A stretch of DNA of 64,000 nucleotides. Source: Phoronis australis (lineage: Eukaryota; Animalia; Phoronida). The notes below the pieces were generated by a model. It did no database searches. It saw only the letters and a list, made by a program, of their open reading frames with translations, and was not told where the DNA came from. Of this stretch, positions 13,291 to 27,760 are shown in pieces. The position numbers and the translations under genes are program-made. Location: positions 62,001 to 126,000 of the forward strand of contig NMRA01000392.1 in NCBI GenBank assembly GCA_002633005.1, in the 5' to 3' direction. Numbering within the stretch: the first letter of the stretch is position 1; each line of letters opens with the position of its first letter.

Positions 13291-16200
13291 GTACGCATTG
13301 ATTGAAGAACAGCCCACCAGAAAAAAAACAGAACACCTCGAATCCAAAAAGGGGCTGGTGCTAATACCTGGGACCAAGGCAGTGCCGAAACGGGTGAAAT
13401 GAAGGTCTGTAGTGGAGCGGGGAGACGGAGTTTGTGCAAACCATGCATTTTATATAATAGATTATATAATAGATGCTCAATACATGTCAATTCATCATGG
13501 TTCACCTCCAACATGCTAATCATGTGGTAGATTAACTGATAATGGTTCTTCAAGCTTCAACCACTTACTACCTAAAATAGTGGATTGAAGGATAAATTAC
13601 AAGAACCCCCTGTAGTCCCAGATGAAGCCATGGGTCACTTGAAGTCATGTTAAAAGGATCACTGATTTCAGCCAATGAGTGATGAGTACAAGGCAGACAG
13701 GGTTTGGGATTGGTTGGCAAATGGTCCAGGGTACATTGCATCTATCAGGACATTAACCTCAGTTGTCTGCTGGCCTAGTTAACAAAGGTCAGGGACATAA
13801 AGGACAGGCTTAATACCTCAGCTTTATGACATGATGCTTTATAGGCTCAGAGCACTTGTTATAAACCTGTTATACTCCTTCATAATTCTCAGTTATTAAA
13901 CTCAGAGACTAGCTTTAATAACAACTCAACAACAAAAACTTAACTTCAATGTGGATTGCTTAAACCTTCGCACTTTAAATAGCTCATTGTTTTGATGTCA
14001 AAGCTGCTTTATAAGTAAATCTGCCACCTGCAGTTTTAAATGAAAAGAAGATAAAATTTATTAGATTTCTACTTTCCACAAGGCTTACTATACTGCTAGA
14101 TTGCTCAATCTTTCACCAAAATTATCTGGTATAAACCACCTCAACTATGAAGTAAAATCTTCTTTCAAAAAGTTTGATGAAAGAAATATGAGGAGGATAA
14201 AATATCACCATGTCTACCATACTGTGTTCGAAGCTGAATAATTTTGACATAGATATTTTCTTTCTAGACATGAAGATATTATCACGATAGCATTTGAGGA
14301 CTGTTGCTCAAAGCTTTATACATACAACTTAGTACCTGATTCTCAACGACTTCACCTGTCATAAAAATGACCTCTTTACTGGCACTTGCATCACATTTGA
14401 ATGTCCAATGACTGGTTTAAATGACATTGTGACATGTTTTTTGAATTTTTAGTTGTGAACACTGGTTGAACTTGTAATCAGATTTTGAGTTTAGTTTTTA
14501 AATATAAAAAGTTGAACAAATGTTGTTTGTCTGTAATGTTGCATGGATTACTGTGGAAGTACATTGGAACATTCATTGGCATTGCTCTAGACTTACTGCA
14601 GTGGAACTTCCGAGGTTTTTAAAATTCCTTCGCAATAATCATAAACCATCAAATGACCAAATCGTTTGGCGGAAAGGTCAAAATGATTCAAGCACAAAAG
14701 TCAGTTCACAAAAATATGGGTGGAACAAATTACTGTGCAATTTCTCTTCCCCAGTTAGGCTAGCCTTATACCCCCAAAATTTGTAATTGAAAGCAAAAGT
14801 TGCTTTTAAGTTTTTAAAACCCGGGAGTCTTGTATGTCAGGATGTTCACTATCATATTGCATAATTTGACAACTTTGCTATACCAACATAGCTGGGTAGA
14901 GTTTCTTAGATGCAAGAATCTCAATATTTAAGGAAGCTTTGTGATCATGTGCATCTCACTGAGTGCTTGCTTTTCTTGCAAGAAATTAGGTCAGTGTAAG
15001 ACATTGACCCATTGACCGCTCATGACTGTTCTGCCTTATTAAACCTTGGTAATTTTCATAATTGCTATGAAACTGAGTTCGCCACGTAAAATTATTTCCT
15101 CTCCACACACTGTGAGCTTGTCTCGTCTTCCAAAAATTGTGACTAGAAAGCCAAAGTCACTGTTACATTTTCACTACTGGATAACAGACTTCTATGGTAG
15201 GATATTTGCTATTGCATTACATAATGGCCATTTGACAACTTTGCTATATTGACTAACTGTTGACTGGTAGGACACTGACCAGGTTATGATTGTCCTATGC
15301 TATCATATCACCAAACAGTGTAAACATTGAACTATTATGAAATTGATTGTTCATCAAGTACCACAGACTTGCAGTCACCACAACCAACCAGGAATAGTTT
15401 ACCTAGAGCATCTTCAACTTTTCAAAGCAGTCAGACCATTTAGGAGACGAAGAATGAATGCATGACTTTAAATTAAATGAAATATGTGTTCTAGCAAATT
15501 GTCCTTTTCATCTAGCCTCATATTAGCATATGCGAACTGCAAATGCACGAAAAGAACAGCACGAGAGAGAAATCCTATGCTAACATCTGGGGTTTGGTTA
15601 CCCTGACGCCTATTAGCGAGCCACTGAATAACATGTCAAAATCTGTACACAAAGTAATGCTCATTGCTTGGCCATGAAATTGAAGAAAATCTATTGGTTA
15701 ATTTCTCTTCAAATGCTTCATTTTAAAAGTTAAAATACGACTAATAAAAATACTTTTCAATTTCAAAAACAGCCATGTTAGTCTTTTACCTTACTTATTG
15801 TTCAGTTTTTGACTTTTGAAACTCAAAAGCTTAACAGGCATGTTGGTTTACAATGGTAATTGACCTACTGCAAGCCCCACGTGACAAACGAAGGACATGT
15901 CGGAGGCAAATACACTGTCGCTGAATGACATTCCTGATGGAATCGATAAGTGTTTTTGGACTATCCTAAAACGCTTCGACAAGGACAAAAGGTGATGCTT
16001 TTCAGCAGAGAATCATAGATTCATGATGAGAGAATATGTAAATGCGACAACGAAAAATTAAGTAATCGAGGAAAGTATTACGGAGCCAGTGAAAACCTGA
16101 AGAACCCCATACGGTTCACTTTTAACTGACAAATGACAAGGTCACTGATACAATATGATTATGTAAAACTGGGTAATTGTACCTTAAAGTTGTAATTATC

Positions 16201-17383
16201 TGTACGATGCCATGATTTCAGGATATTTTGAACAAAATCAATGAAGATTCACTGACATTTTTGTTCTGCCGTCTGCTAAATTCTGTCAAATGAAAAGTAG
16301 GTCACAAGATGGGATTCCCCGAGTTAAGTAGGTTGAGTCGATAGCACTATTTATGCTTTTTTGATTGAACTAAATATTTTGATAAAAACAATTAGGTTCA
16401 GGTAGACACTCAACTTGTACTAGTCAAGCAGTTACGGCTCTGGTAGGTCTAGGGCTGTGTCCAAGTCAAATTAATGCATGGATCTGGCCGTGATTGCACC
16501 ATTTTATGAGACATTAGGCCTACCTTCTGATGAACATCACATTTTCTGTATTTTCATTGTATAAAGGAAGCTTTCATTTAATTTTAAATGTAGCATGATC
16601 ACTAAGCAGAGGTGTGGTTGCAAAATATGACAAGTCTGCTGTAGAAGCAAAATGGCTATTTTAAGTTCTCAAACTCTTTTTACAGCTTCATAAAGCCAAG
16701 TAACATGATTGAACAACAACAAAATGAGCTTTTAACTCTACAGGCAAAGTGAGAGCTATAGGTTCTCAACAAAAAGTAATTTTGAATTACTTTTTGTTAA
16801 AACTGTTTACTTTTTCGTGACAACAGCTCGAACAAGGCTTTGAGTTCAGTAATCCAGTGCCCCTCCTGTGCCGATCGAAGTTTCGATGAACGCCAGCCTA
16901 TGGGTATATGAATAGCAAAAAAATGTTCCTCACTTTCGCTATGGAACAAATTGATGTCCATTCGGATGGAATAAATGAAAATTTTAATGAAAATGTCCTT
17001 CAAAACAGCAATTTCCGGGGACTGCTAATTATGTAGGTGTAGAGACAAAGGCGGCCACTGACTTGGAGTGAAACTCCGGGGTCAAAATCAGATAGGCCTA
17101 AACTAAAAGCCACCAAACTGAAAAGTACGTATTGTGGAACTAATACATTAATTTCGTGTTTAGCCTTCGAGTAATCAAGCAACATTACCAAGTTCAGAGC
17201 TGCTCATGTGGCTCAGTCCACATAGTTTGATCCATAGTTCGATATTACTTTTAAATTAGGCAATGCCCAAAAGGTGACGGGACATTTCTGAGCTGCATAT
17301 ATGGCAGTCGGCATTTAACACACACCATAGCAACACTGTTTTACTATTTTTACCGCACAATTTCTTGAGTTTTGGACTAAAAT

Positions 17384-18267
17384 AAGCTTTATCTGACAAC
17401 GTGTTGTTTGATGGGTAAAATGGCGGCTTGGAAACGCAGCCGAAGGTGTGTCAAGAATGCTGCGTTCTGATTGGTCAGTAATGTCAACAGTCAAAATCCT
17501 GAAGATAGGTCAATCATCTCATCCAGCATGTTCTGCCAAGCCCATAAGCAAGAAGTTCCCTTCAATCCGTGACAGTGTCATCAAGACTCTTTGATGTTCT
17601 GAGGACTTCGTTGAATACTCTGGGGTAAACGGTGCACGCTTTCTCGTCTACTTGCGTGCAAATGTTGGTTGCCTTATTATGGTGATTGCAAAACAGTGAT
17701 GATTTTTATCAACTGTGAAAATTCTTCTGTTTATTAGTCACGTCTGACTGAAGTAACAGAAGAGGTAGAAAGACAAGGAAAATATGGGTGTAAGCTAACT
17801 GAAGGAGACTTACTTATAGGAAGATGACACAACTGAATTTGGTTGCTAAAATATGTTTTGAGCATCACTCTGAGCACTCACGAATACCATAAATTGATAA
17901 ATGTATTGAACCTGTTTATTGACTGATGTGTCGTCCACATTACGAGAAACCTTAGGAACATTACTCCTGGAACGAGTTGTCACTAGGTTAAGTAGTAGTG
18001 TGATCACTACTTGCATTGGGGCAACTTGACACATGTGTGGCATTGCTTACCCCACCTTATTGAGGAAGAATAATACCAATGTTCAGGGTAACTTGCTACA
18101 GAGGAAGTACAACTTGCAAGTGTTGAGAAGGCGGAGGCAACTGACCTATCGCCAGGATTTTGAGTGACGGCTTAACTGACCATTTAGAACGCAGTATTAT
18201 TGACACACCTTCATTTCCAAGAAGCCATTTTATTCGACAAACAACACGTTGCCGGGTAAAACTTATT
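17384..18267. mobile_element. Unclassified non-autonomous element with ~100-bp imperfect inverted ends
   Basis: gacaacgtgttgtttga...gaaggtgtgtcaagaatgctgcgttctgattggtcagt is mirrored by actgaccatttagaacgcagtattattgacacaccttc...caaacaacacgttgcc. Confidence 0.65.
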
Positions 18268-18774
18268 GTTGATCGACATTACGCAAGGGGGCAGAGCTTG
18301 CGATAGGTCAATTATCAGCTGTGAGCTTTTTCAGTAAATACACACAGTGGTTTACACAGCAACTGCCTCACTTGCCTTTTAGACATGTTCTTTAGGCTGG
18401 TCAGTGTTACTCAAATAGAAAGGCCATCAGTCATTTCAGAAATAACAAATTAACTGTGCAAAAAGCGTGTTCTTAATGTATTTGTGAACATTCCGTGGAC
18501 ACCGCAGCAACACTGGTGGGACGTAGACATGTCAGCAAACCTTTGAATCGAAAACAGTTTTGACGAATCTTAATATTAGTTGCTTTTGGTGAATTTCTCG
18601 CTGTGACATCCACCGATAGAATTTAAACTCATCTAACTGCCTTATAAAGAGTATTTAAGTAAGCTCTAACTTTGGCAGCATTTTGGACAGACAGTGTAGA
18701 ACACTTGATTTATGAAATAATCCCTTGAAGGACAGACGGAGTGTTCCAGATACAGACTTTGACCCTGCATTAGC

Positions 18775-19182
18775 CAAATCTAACAGGATTTGCATGCAAG
18801 TGGATGAGAAGGCGTACACTGTTTACCCCAGAGTATCCAGCAAATTCCTTGGCACATCAAAGGAGCACTGTCATAGATTGAAGTGAGCCAGTCCCTATTT
18901 GTGAGCTTGCTGAATGTGTATTGCGGTGCAAACCAATGTGTCATACTTCAGCCTACAAGTCTCAAAGTAAAAAAACAAACACTAAGTAAGGCAACCAACA
19001 TGACTGGTTATAAAATTGAAAAGTAAAGAGTAGTCAATTCTTTGAATTTATAAAATTGATGCATTGCAAGAGAAATTAGCGAACAGGTTTTCTCAGCATC
19101 ACGGCTATTCAGTAGTAGCCACGAGAATTAATTTCTGAATTGGTCAGTCTGGCTTAAACTCGCTTAGGTGTTGGGGTAACAC
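18775..19182 (-). repeat. Dispersed repeat, inverted homologue of 38962-39400
   Basis: ctaacaggatttgcatgcaagtgga...ttaggtgttggggtaaca vs tgttaccccaacacctaag...tccacttgcatgcaaatcctgttag. Confidence 0.75.
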
Positions 19183-20719
19183 AGCACCAAATGTTAGTGT
19201 AGGAGTAGTCTCGTGAGATGCATAATGACGGACGATCCTCAGAGATCCAGATCTGGATCGTAATGACAATGCGGCTCACTCATCAAAACGCAAATACTAA
19301 TGCCGCAATGAATGGTGAACCTTTTATTAATACTTGATTTTCATAGACAACATTGCTGGTTTTCAACAAGAAGTATGAGTTTGTGACAATTCTGAATATA
19401 TTCATGAAAAGAATCCTATATTAACACCTCACGGTTTAAGATTGGGCAACTCACAGGACCGGTTAGCGTACCACAGATTCTGCCGGTTTATATCAAAGAC
19501 ACCATGGTGTTGTGGCTAATTAAATCGCCTGAGGCAGGTGATGTTATCGTTCTTTAGATAATGTGACTCATCATCAACACTTTGGGGGCGACAATAGATT
19601 TTCAAATTTTTGTTTTGAAAGTATATTAATAGCCTAATGAATAGTTCGTGAAAAGCACACGATTAGGTTTTTGAATTATGAAAATTGGACAAGAAATACA
19701 AACCTAAAATTTTTGTTTAATGTTGCTGGGAGTACAGCATAATTGGGTCAATTACCAAACCCCACGCACCAGTTGGATTTTGAGGTAAGCCAAGTGTCAT
19801 GGTACAACTCTTGACATGTTGGCAATGGCATATTTACAACCTTTCAACAATCTTAGGTAGTCCACAAACTTTCAGAACTATTTCTTTAACTGCAGGTCTT
19901 ACTCTCCCATCTACTTACAAGGTTTGTTTACCTAATTACCTATTCAAGATGGGGGATGCAAGAATTCCAGTAGGGCAGTTTTACCATTGGATGTACCAAT
20001 TTCAGAATCTGCAATTAATAGACAGACATTGGGAGGGCATTGACCATAGGAAGGCTGTGCAAGACATGAGACTGAGCGAAAACAGATTGGACTGTCAAGT
20101 CCATGTATGATAAAATGTAACTGTTAACCAAGACAATTAGACAATTTAATTTATTCTTCATGGGAAAACAGGACATTGCAGCTGAAAAGTTTACCTTGAT
20201 AGCTACCATTCGACAATGATTCTCTGAGAAATTGCTTGCTTTCACGTAAGCATGACAATTACTTTTGTCTGAAAATTTACTGTATGTCAAGTACCCAAGC
20301 TGTAAGACTGCCCGTTTGTGATAAGGTGGCATTTGGTTTGATAAAGTGATGGTTAAATGATAAAAGACAATCACGCAATCATTCAATGGGAAGTAATTAA
20401 TCATTCAGACATGCTTTGAATGAAATTTCCCCATCTACCAAATGGCACACTTGGGTGTTGAGAAAAAATTTCCATGAAGTCTCAACATTAGGAACATCAT
20501 TTTCATAAAAGCCTTAATGTACCAATCAACATTTAATATCAAGTTTCAATGTATAACTACACTCATTCATAGCAATTCACATAAGACAACACTTCATACA
20601 CAGTAATTTAATTACTGCACATACTAACTTACTAGGCAAATGCTCTCTTCACAGTTCTAAGCACACAATATGTGGTGGGCAAGAGCTTTAAGTTTGAACA
20701 ATTTCTTAGCAAAAAATGA

Positions 20720-20970
20720 AATATTATATATAATAAAAAATAATTGCAGGCGGTCTGATACACGTTGTACCAGACATGCACAGGCCTCGCATGTGGGCCC
20801 ATTGCACTGATCACCTGGAAATGTTTTTATGCTTTATTAATATATGGTTAAAACCGAGCTGAGGAGCTAGAAACCTGGCTCAAGGGTTTAGCAGTGTGAC
20901 CTGGTGGGACTTGAACCCAAGACCTCGAGTTAAGAAAGCGGGCACTTATCAACCAGGCCACACTACCTCC
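20720..20970 (-). mobile_element. tRNA-derived SINE
   Basis: Minus-strand head GGTAGTGTGGCCTGGTTGATAAG...GGGTTCAAGTCCCACC has Pol III A- and B-box spacing but no pairing acceptor stem, and is followed by a body and an AT-rich tail. Boundaries are approximate. Confidence 0.6.
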
Positions 20971-22520
20971 TCTAAATGAAATATTAAACTGGTTTCATTA
21001 TATTTTGTCCAGTGTAGCCATCACAAAACAAAACCAGGAATTTTTAAAAGATTTTACAATCAGCCGTGAAAAATGGAAAAATTGGATTTGTTTGTTTGTA
21101 AATTTGAGGATTGTGCATTAGCAGACGAATTTCTGTACTGATATAAACATTTTCCAGTTTGAGAAATACTGAAAATTTGGAATAGTCAATTTTTTTAATT
21201 CTGAAGATTGGGGCTGATGGCCAACTTTTTAATTCATCATATTTCTAAAATATCGGACACTGCCTTTTGTTTCAATGAAGTCCGAGACAAAGTCATTGAA
21301 AATAACTTGGTGATGTAAAAGAATTTGGAATGGGTAATTTTTCCAACTTCCTTGTAATTCTTGAATTCATAAAATTTGGTACAAGCTATGACATGGAGCA
21401 AATAATTAATTTTTCACTGTCCCAAAGTGGAGAATATTTACAATTAACATAAAAATTCACCAAGAGCTAACAAAGACTTAAGCATTGTGAGAGTACAATT
21501 GGTGGTCAAGATGGTTCACAAAGACCAAATGCAATTTCTTCCATGTCTCAACAAAATAGTGGTGCTGGACTTGCCTAATGTATGCACTAATTACTTGAAT
21601 ATCCCACCTTCAACAACGGTGATCTAACACCATGGCGATAACAAAGAGTAAGAAAAACACTGCGGAATTTAACTGCTTTAAAATCTGTGTCCAAGATACA
21701 AGTAAACTGTAGGTCAGGCATTGCGTGTAACAACACATAATACGTGACATCTATATTGGAAAATAGCCGTAATTCATACATTCATAGCTGCAGTAGTTCA
21801 TACTATGTTAAGCACCACCGGTGGTACATGCTGAACAGTAATTTATACTGCGATGATTGTTATCAAGCAATGAACAGAATTTTAGTACCTACTACACAAG
21901 AAAAACATTTGAAAGCGCCATTAACTAAACCTAAGCATCAAAATCACATTAATCCTTGATATTGGTATTAATGAAAAGTCAAATCAAGCTTTTCACATAG
22001 TTAGCATGTCCACATTACACTCCTTAGACTGCCATGTCTGAGACAGCCACACATTACGGACCGACCGTAGTCCCAGCTGACAAAGAGTAATCAATAACAG
22101 GGATATTGAAGTGACTCCTCCGCAAATGTTAATTATCCAAAGAATCTTAATTCTTTCACTGCAAAGTTTTTTAGAACTGCTTTTCCCTGTGCCAATTACA
22201 TTTAGGAGACAGGGAGGAATTACTGGAAATGTAGTAAAATTGTTTTTTGTTAGAAGTATGACACTTGCACCCAGGTAAAGATATTTTAGAATTATAACCT
22301 CATATGTTGGGGCAGGAATTCATTGGAAAGTGTATACAAGACTTCAGGTGAAAAAATGGGATGTCTATGGCCAGGATTTTCTGCTAAATTTTGTAGTTAT
22401 TATCTAACATTGAAGTAATAGAGGAATCTTGCCCCCAAATGTCGAAGAATAACGTTGCTAAAAACAAATACAAACATCCTGTATCTGTTTACCATGTATA
22501 ATATAACTGTTTCAGATATA

Positions 22521-24852
22521 CCGTAAACGTTTGGGTTAACGCCCACGCTCAGATAACCACCCACCCCTACTTTAGGTGGATTTTCGATTTAACCACCCAC
22601 TGTTTGGTTAACCGCCCCTCTGCGATTTTTGAAGATTTCCGGTTAAGCGCCCTCCTCTCCGTTAAGCGCCCATCCCCGACTTTTTAAGATTGAAGATTTA
22701 GCGCCCAGTGTAAGGAAACGCGCATTCCCGACTTTTAGATACAGATGATGATCACAATGAGCGCAACAACGCTGTGCCTCGGGACGACGGTTTGGCAATG
22801 TGAATTACAATACAAGTAACAAATTCTTGTCCTGGGTCATGGACTTACTTCAAAATATAATACTTGAACTTTTTTGTCATTTTATTTTCTTCCCAATTGT
22901 TTGCAAAGTTTAAGAACCCCGCCGTCGTCAATGCCTCTGCTTTCAGCGACACTGTCTGCCGCGCACTAGATAAAACATGTATTCGAAATAATCCGGCCAG
23001 AGAAATGTGACAATCATGGTCTTGCCAACATTCCAAATTCTCTATAGGCAGGAATCTCTCGTATTTTGAAGAATTAATTCCCATAACTCACGGAAAGATG
23101 TCAAATTCTCCCTACTTTGATGAATGTTATTGCCAGGTTATCGACGATATGTGCCGACCAAAGGGACAGTATGCCTCACTGGGTAACCGATTTGCTGCCT
23201 CTCGATCTCTGAGTTCAAAGGTAGGCAATACGTTACTGTATGTTAGTGTATCATCTTGAAGTAATAAAAAACGTATAGTCAAATTTTGTTTTTAGCTCAT
23301 TGCAACTCAGTCAAAAGCAGATTTAACTTAAATGTCGCTGGCTGTTCTTTACTACGATTTCTTGCCCTGCCTCAACCCTGCCTCAGACTGTGTGAATTAT
23401 CGTTTCCATATTCCCTTTTTAGCCATCCAGAATAATTTTGTTTCTACATTGGCCAGTTTCAGCCTGAACAACATTCTTACCATTCGAGCCTGAAATATCT
23501 ACGGCAATAGTTTGAGTAGAAGGTGCACGCAGCTAGCTATGAGCATGGCACACTCGGGCCTAGGGTCACATCGAGCCGGAAAATATCGAAGTAGACTTGA
23601 CATCGCAGTTTTGGGGGACATTGGAACGTTGGAATATCGTAAAGCACTGGGTCTTTCCTAACAACAGCTTAAAAGTACAGCGTCAATGTCTGTTTCTTTT
23701 ACTTATGAGTGTCTCTGTTCTCTTTTGATGTGTCACTTTGTAGTGGTGCACGCGCGTAAGTTCCCACACTGAGTGCCTGTTTCTGTGACACCAACTAGTG
23801 ATTGACAGGTTACTCATACGTAGGCCCTACGTGCGTGCTGAATCCCGCTGCTATCTTTGACCATTAAAAACGAGACGCATATTGAAAGAAGCCGTTACAT
23901 TATTTGACGGCCTTTCCAAGTCAAGATTGCCTGCCGGGACACATGCGTGCAAGCAGCGGGACCGATCAGTGCCACAGTGCGATAGTATAGGTGATATTAT
24001 AATAGGATATAATCTGGACATCTTGCATGTAAAATAAATGTGTTATCCACCACAAAGTTGGGTAAGGTGGTCGTTTAAGAGTGAATTGAAACATCGCTGT
24101 TTTGTGACGTTTTGTCACATATTTATGCCATGGTTCGAAATTGATTGATGTCCGCTTACCCCCCCTCGATTCTTGTCTTACTTCTTTGCCGAGCATGTTT
24201 CACGCAACGGGAAGTGAAAATGTTATCGACTATAAACATCCCAAACACAAAAACACCTGAATTAGTTTTTCAAAGTTTATTACACCTAATTTTAAAACTC
24301 ACTCTGACTCCGAACTTGACACTTGACAGCTAGCATGGGACTGTAACCTTGATGTCAGCTGTGACCTCTGCAACACGTGAAGCTTGCACGCACGCACTTT
24401 TGCAGTGTCATCGCTTGCAATACAAGTGGAGCACAGCTTGATCACTGGTAGTCTGCGCACTACAGTTCTAACAAACTAACATTAGACCGCAGGATGGCAC
24501 AGGTCTATTACTCAGCAATTTTGTAAATTTAATTGTGAATGACTAACCTGAGGGCAATAGAACCTTTGTTGGAATCATCCGCTGTTAATGAAGTTTTTAC
24601 TGTCATTTGGCGACGTGACGATAAAGCTGTTTGAAAAGTGCTACGCATTCCGAGTACGTGTGTGGTGTGGGGACTTGGATCACAAGGTAAGATTAACCGC
24701 CCAGGGCGGTTGTCTGTCGTAATAAGCGACCATGTTCGGTTAACCGTCCATCCTGGATTTCTTGAAATTTCACATTTAAGCGCCCATGTTTGGTTAACCG
24801 CCCACCCCTGGTTTTTTGGGTTTGCCCAGGGCGTTAACCCGAATGTTTACGG
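22521..24852 (-). mobile_element. Same Tc2/pogo-like family, copy 2, inverted
   Basis: TA|CCGTAAACGTTTGGGTTAACGCCC...GGGCGTTAACCCGAATGTTTACGG; the interior is a diverged, collinear reverse complement of 9480-11858. Confidence 0.88.
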
Positions 24853-25570
24853 CACTTAGATTGTTCAGTGTTTCCCTGGGTTTTGAACGGAACGTGGTTA
24901 TGAATGGTCCCAGTAGGATGCAAAGCCTATGGGTAATGGAATCCTACCCTTTGCCTGGGCTTCGAAAGGTCCAGTATGGTGGTGATTCCCTTCAAGTGAA
25001 TAAAAAGATTCTACTCACTTCAAACTCACACATGCGGTGATTAATGCAACAGCACAAAATGTTATGTTTTGGCTACTTGCAGCAGAACCTAATATGTGGG
25101 CTAGCGAAAGGGGTGGGGGTGCTGTTGATGCTGACTGAGGGCAGCCTTTTTCCTTCAACCAAAGAATCCTTTCCCAACGGGCACAGGCGTTTTTCCCCAA
25201 TTTATGTTGCAATAGAAAGCAGACATGCCAAGACAGGGCTTCAGACTAAAAACTCAATTCTCTGGCTCTAGGCGCGCACATACAATGAAAAAATGAACCT
25301 GTTTAAATGTGATTAACTAACTTGTATCATGAAACTTACTTTTAACATTGTTTATTATATATGTACTTGCTCAAGGTAAATCAGTTGGATCAGTGTTAGC
25401 TGGTAGAGCAGACTATTTATTCATCTAGACATTTAGACTTTGTCTATGGTTAATTAAACTAGTGACTATTTCGTGCAATAAAATTCAAATTGTTAAGTAA
25501 ACGTGAACACGATTAACAAAAAAATTACCATTTCTCCACCCAATTCATCAGTGCACTGATGCTTCGCCAT

Positions 25571-26405
25571 TTTAGAAAACTTTATGTCAATGCCAGTGGT
25601 CCCCAACTGCATTCAATTGCTGTGTATTGTCGGATAACCAGACAAGAGTGTCGGTCGCAGGTCACTTACATCAAACCAAGAAGGAAGGGGATGATTATGT
25701 TTAACAAGTATTGAAGTTCAGACATCAGCCATGCAAGTTGCGTATTGCATGCTCAATTTTACTAACGATTTTTGAGTAGCAGTGAAGGATTCTGGGGTGT
25801 GTGGCACTCAATTTAGGCAAAATTACGAGTGGCGCCGCCGAAAATACCTGTAATACCTGTCACGGACAGGATCACAGGGAATATGCTGGTGCATTATTCT
25901 CCTCCCCAGACCATCCCCGTGACAGCAGAAGGCGCAGAACTCCAGGGCTGACGTTGCCTGTAAGCATTTGACTTGACAGCACTCGGGCACGGCTTTTCTT
26001 GTGACTCTTCGCAGCATGGCCATAAATAATACCGGCTGCGAGCAGTCGGCTGCCATCATTGAACTCAGCCAGTTGGGATGCAGTCTGNTTTAGAAAACTT
26101 TATGTCAATGCCAGTGGTCCCCAACTGCATTCAATTGCTGTGTATTGTCAGATTACCAAACAAGAGTGTCGGTCAGGTCACTTACATCAAACCGAAGAAG
26201 GAAGGGGATGATTATGTTTAACAAGTATTGAAGTTCAGGATTTTAAATTATTGTTTTTCCTGTTCAATCCACAATCATCAACATCAGCCATGCAAGTTGT
26301 GTATTGCATGCTCACTTTTACTAACGATTTTTGAATAGCAGTGAAGGATTCTGGGGTGTGTGGCACTCAATTTGGACAAAATTACGAGTGGCGCCGCCGA
26401 AAATA
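25571..26405. other. Direct duplication spanning the single N (probable assembly join of two haplotypes)
   Basis: 25571-25846 recurs at 26089-26405, starting exactly after the N at 26088, with SNPs and a 42-bp indel. Confidence 0.8.
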
Positions 26406-27459
26406 AGCATGGCGGGCTGCCCAGACTTTTACACGCAGGACAAATACTGCTTTATAACCCCAAAAATGAAAGAGGCCTTGGAGCACTTTTTCAAAAAAGG
26501 TTTCGAAGTCATTTTTTGATGTTCGAAAGGTTGTAAAGTTTTGATCAACATTCAAAACATTATGAAGATAGTTACAGAAAAGTAAGTGAAAATCTCATCC
26601 ATTGAACTTATAATGCAAAACAGAAAACAAATTAGCTAATTTGTATTCTTTTGGAAAAACAACCCAGTGAATTAAAGAAACTAATGCTCAGGTAAGTGGT
26701 GTATATTTCAAAACATCAGGAAATGCACTGCTTCAAGCACAACTTGGTGGTAAAATCTGACTAGTACACAGATTCAAATATTCAAAAGTACAGTTTCGGA
26801 CTTCATGAGTTGCAAAGCTTGCCATTTTGCAGACACGAGCTATTTTGGACGATGTGACAAAGTTTACAAGATACCTGGCACATATTCAAAACCATAGAAC
26901 CTCAGTTGCATGACAATTTCCTGATGTCTCAGCTTAGCTAAACCAGGTCCCAAGACAGGACAGTTGTCATGATAACGACGAACTGTATCAATTAAGAATG
27001 ATATAACTCCTTTTAAAACAGGGTGTTATCAAGCCAGCAAATGTGGCCAAAATTGGGCAAAGTGCAAACATCAATACAGTAAAATCTCATCAATTTTGAA
27101 CAAAAATTATTGTTAAAAATAGACATTTTTCAATTTTCAAAAGCTTTTCACACTACAGCAAATGCAACAGTTTCTTGAAACATTGTCTGGCAGTGACTAT
27201 GATAAAGGCATTTAATTGGTACAACTCATCTTGTTTGAAAAAAATGAAAAACTTAAATTTCATGAGTCCCCCAGATGTAAGCATCCAATACTGAGGGCCA
27301 TCCGGTATTACACAGTGACACTCTAATCTCACCCTATTTACCCACATTTTGCCATAAACATCCATCAGGCACATTTGCTGCCTCGTTTTGCATGCCACTG
27401 ACTAGTTTCACATGTTATTTGTTGTTTTTCTCGGTTGCATTACGCTATTCATTCTTCCA

Positions 27460-27760
27460 ATGCCAACTTATTGCTGTTGTATTGTAGGCTGCAACTCCGA
27501 CGTGAAAAATTTTCACAAACAAGAAAAATACCCATGGATATTTGAATCTGAAATTCTTTGCCTTCCCGACATCAATGAGAGACAGGACAATGTACCCGAT
27601 TTCCAAAACTATCTCCAGCACAAAGGACAGTTCTATCGCTGGGACCGCCCTATTAACTGGCAAGATGTTCAGTTCTAGACTCTGAAAGTCGCAAAACAAA
27701 CCCTACTGCAGGAAGCTTCAAACAATGGTACTACATGCGTATCAATGTCACTTTGTTTCC
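27460..27760 (+). pseudogene. THAP-domain remnant (transposon-derived)
   Basis: MPTYCCCIVGCNSD...EKYPW, a frameshifted KFFAFP, RWDRPIN and a downstream CHFV; several frameshifts. Confidence 0.6.

Noticed and set aside
13065-13553. 162-aa ORF
   Set aside because: It overlaps the dispersed repeat module, has a non-ATG start and shows no domain similarity.
20771-20791. Minus-strand CEACAC resembling a nuclear-receptor P-box
   Set aside because: There is no surrounding zinc-finger context and it lies in the SINE body, so it is a chance match.
20896-20967. Functional tRNA gene
   Set aside because: A and B boxes are present but the acceptor and anticodon stems do not pair; it is better explained as a SINE head.
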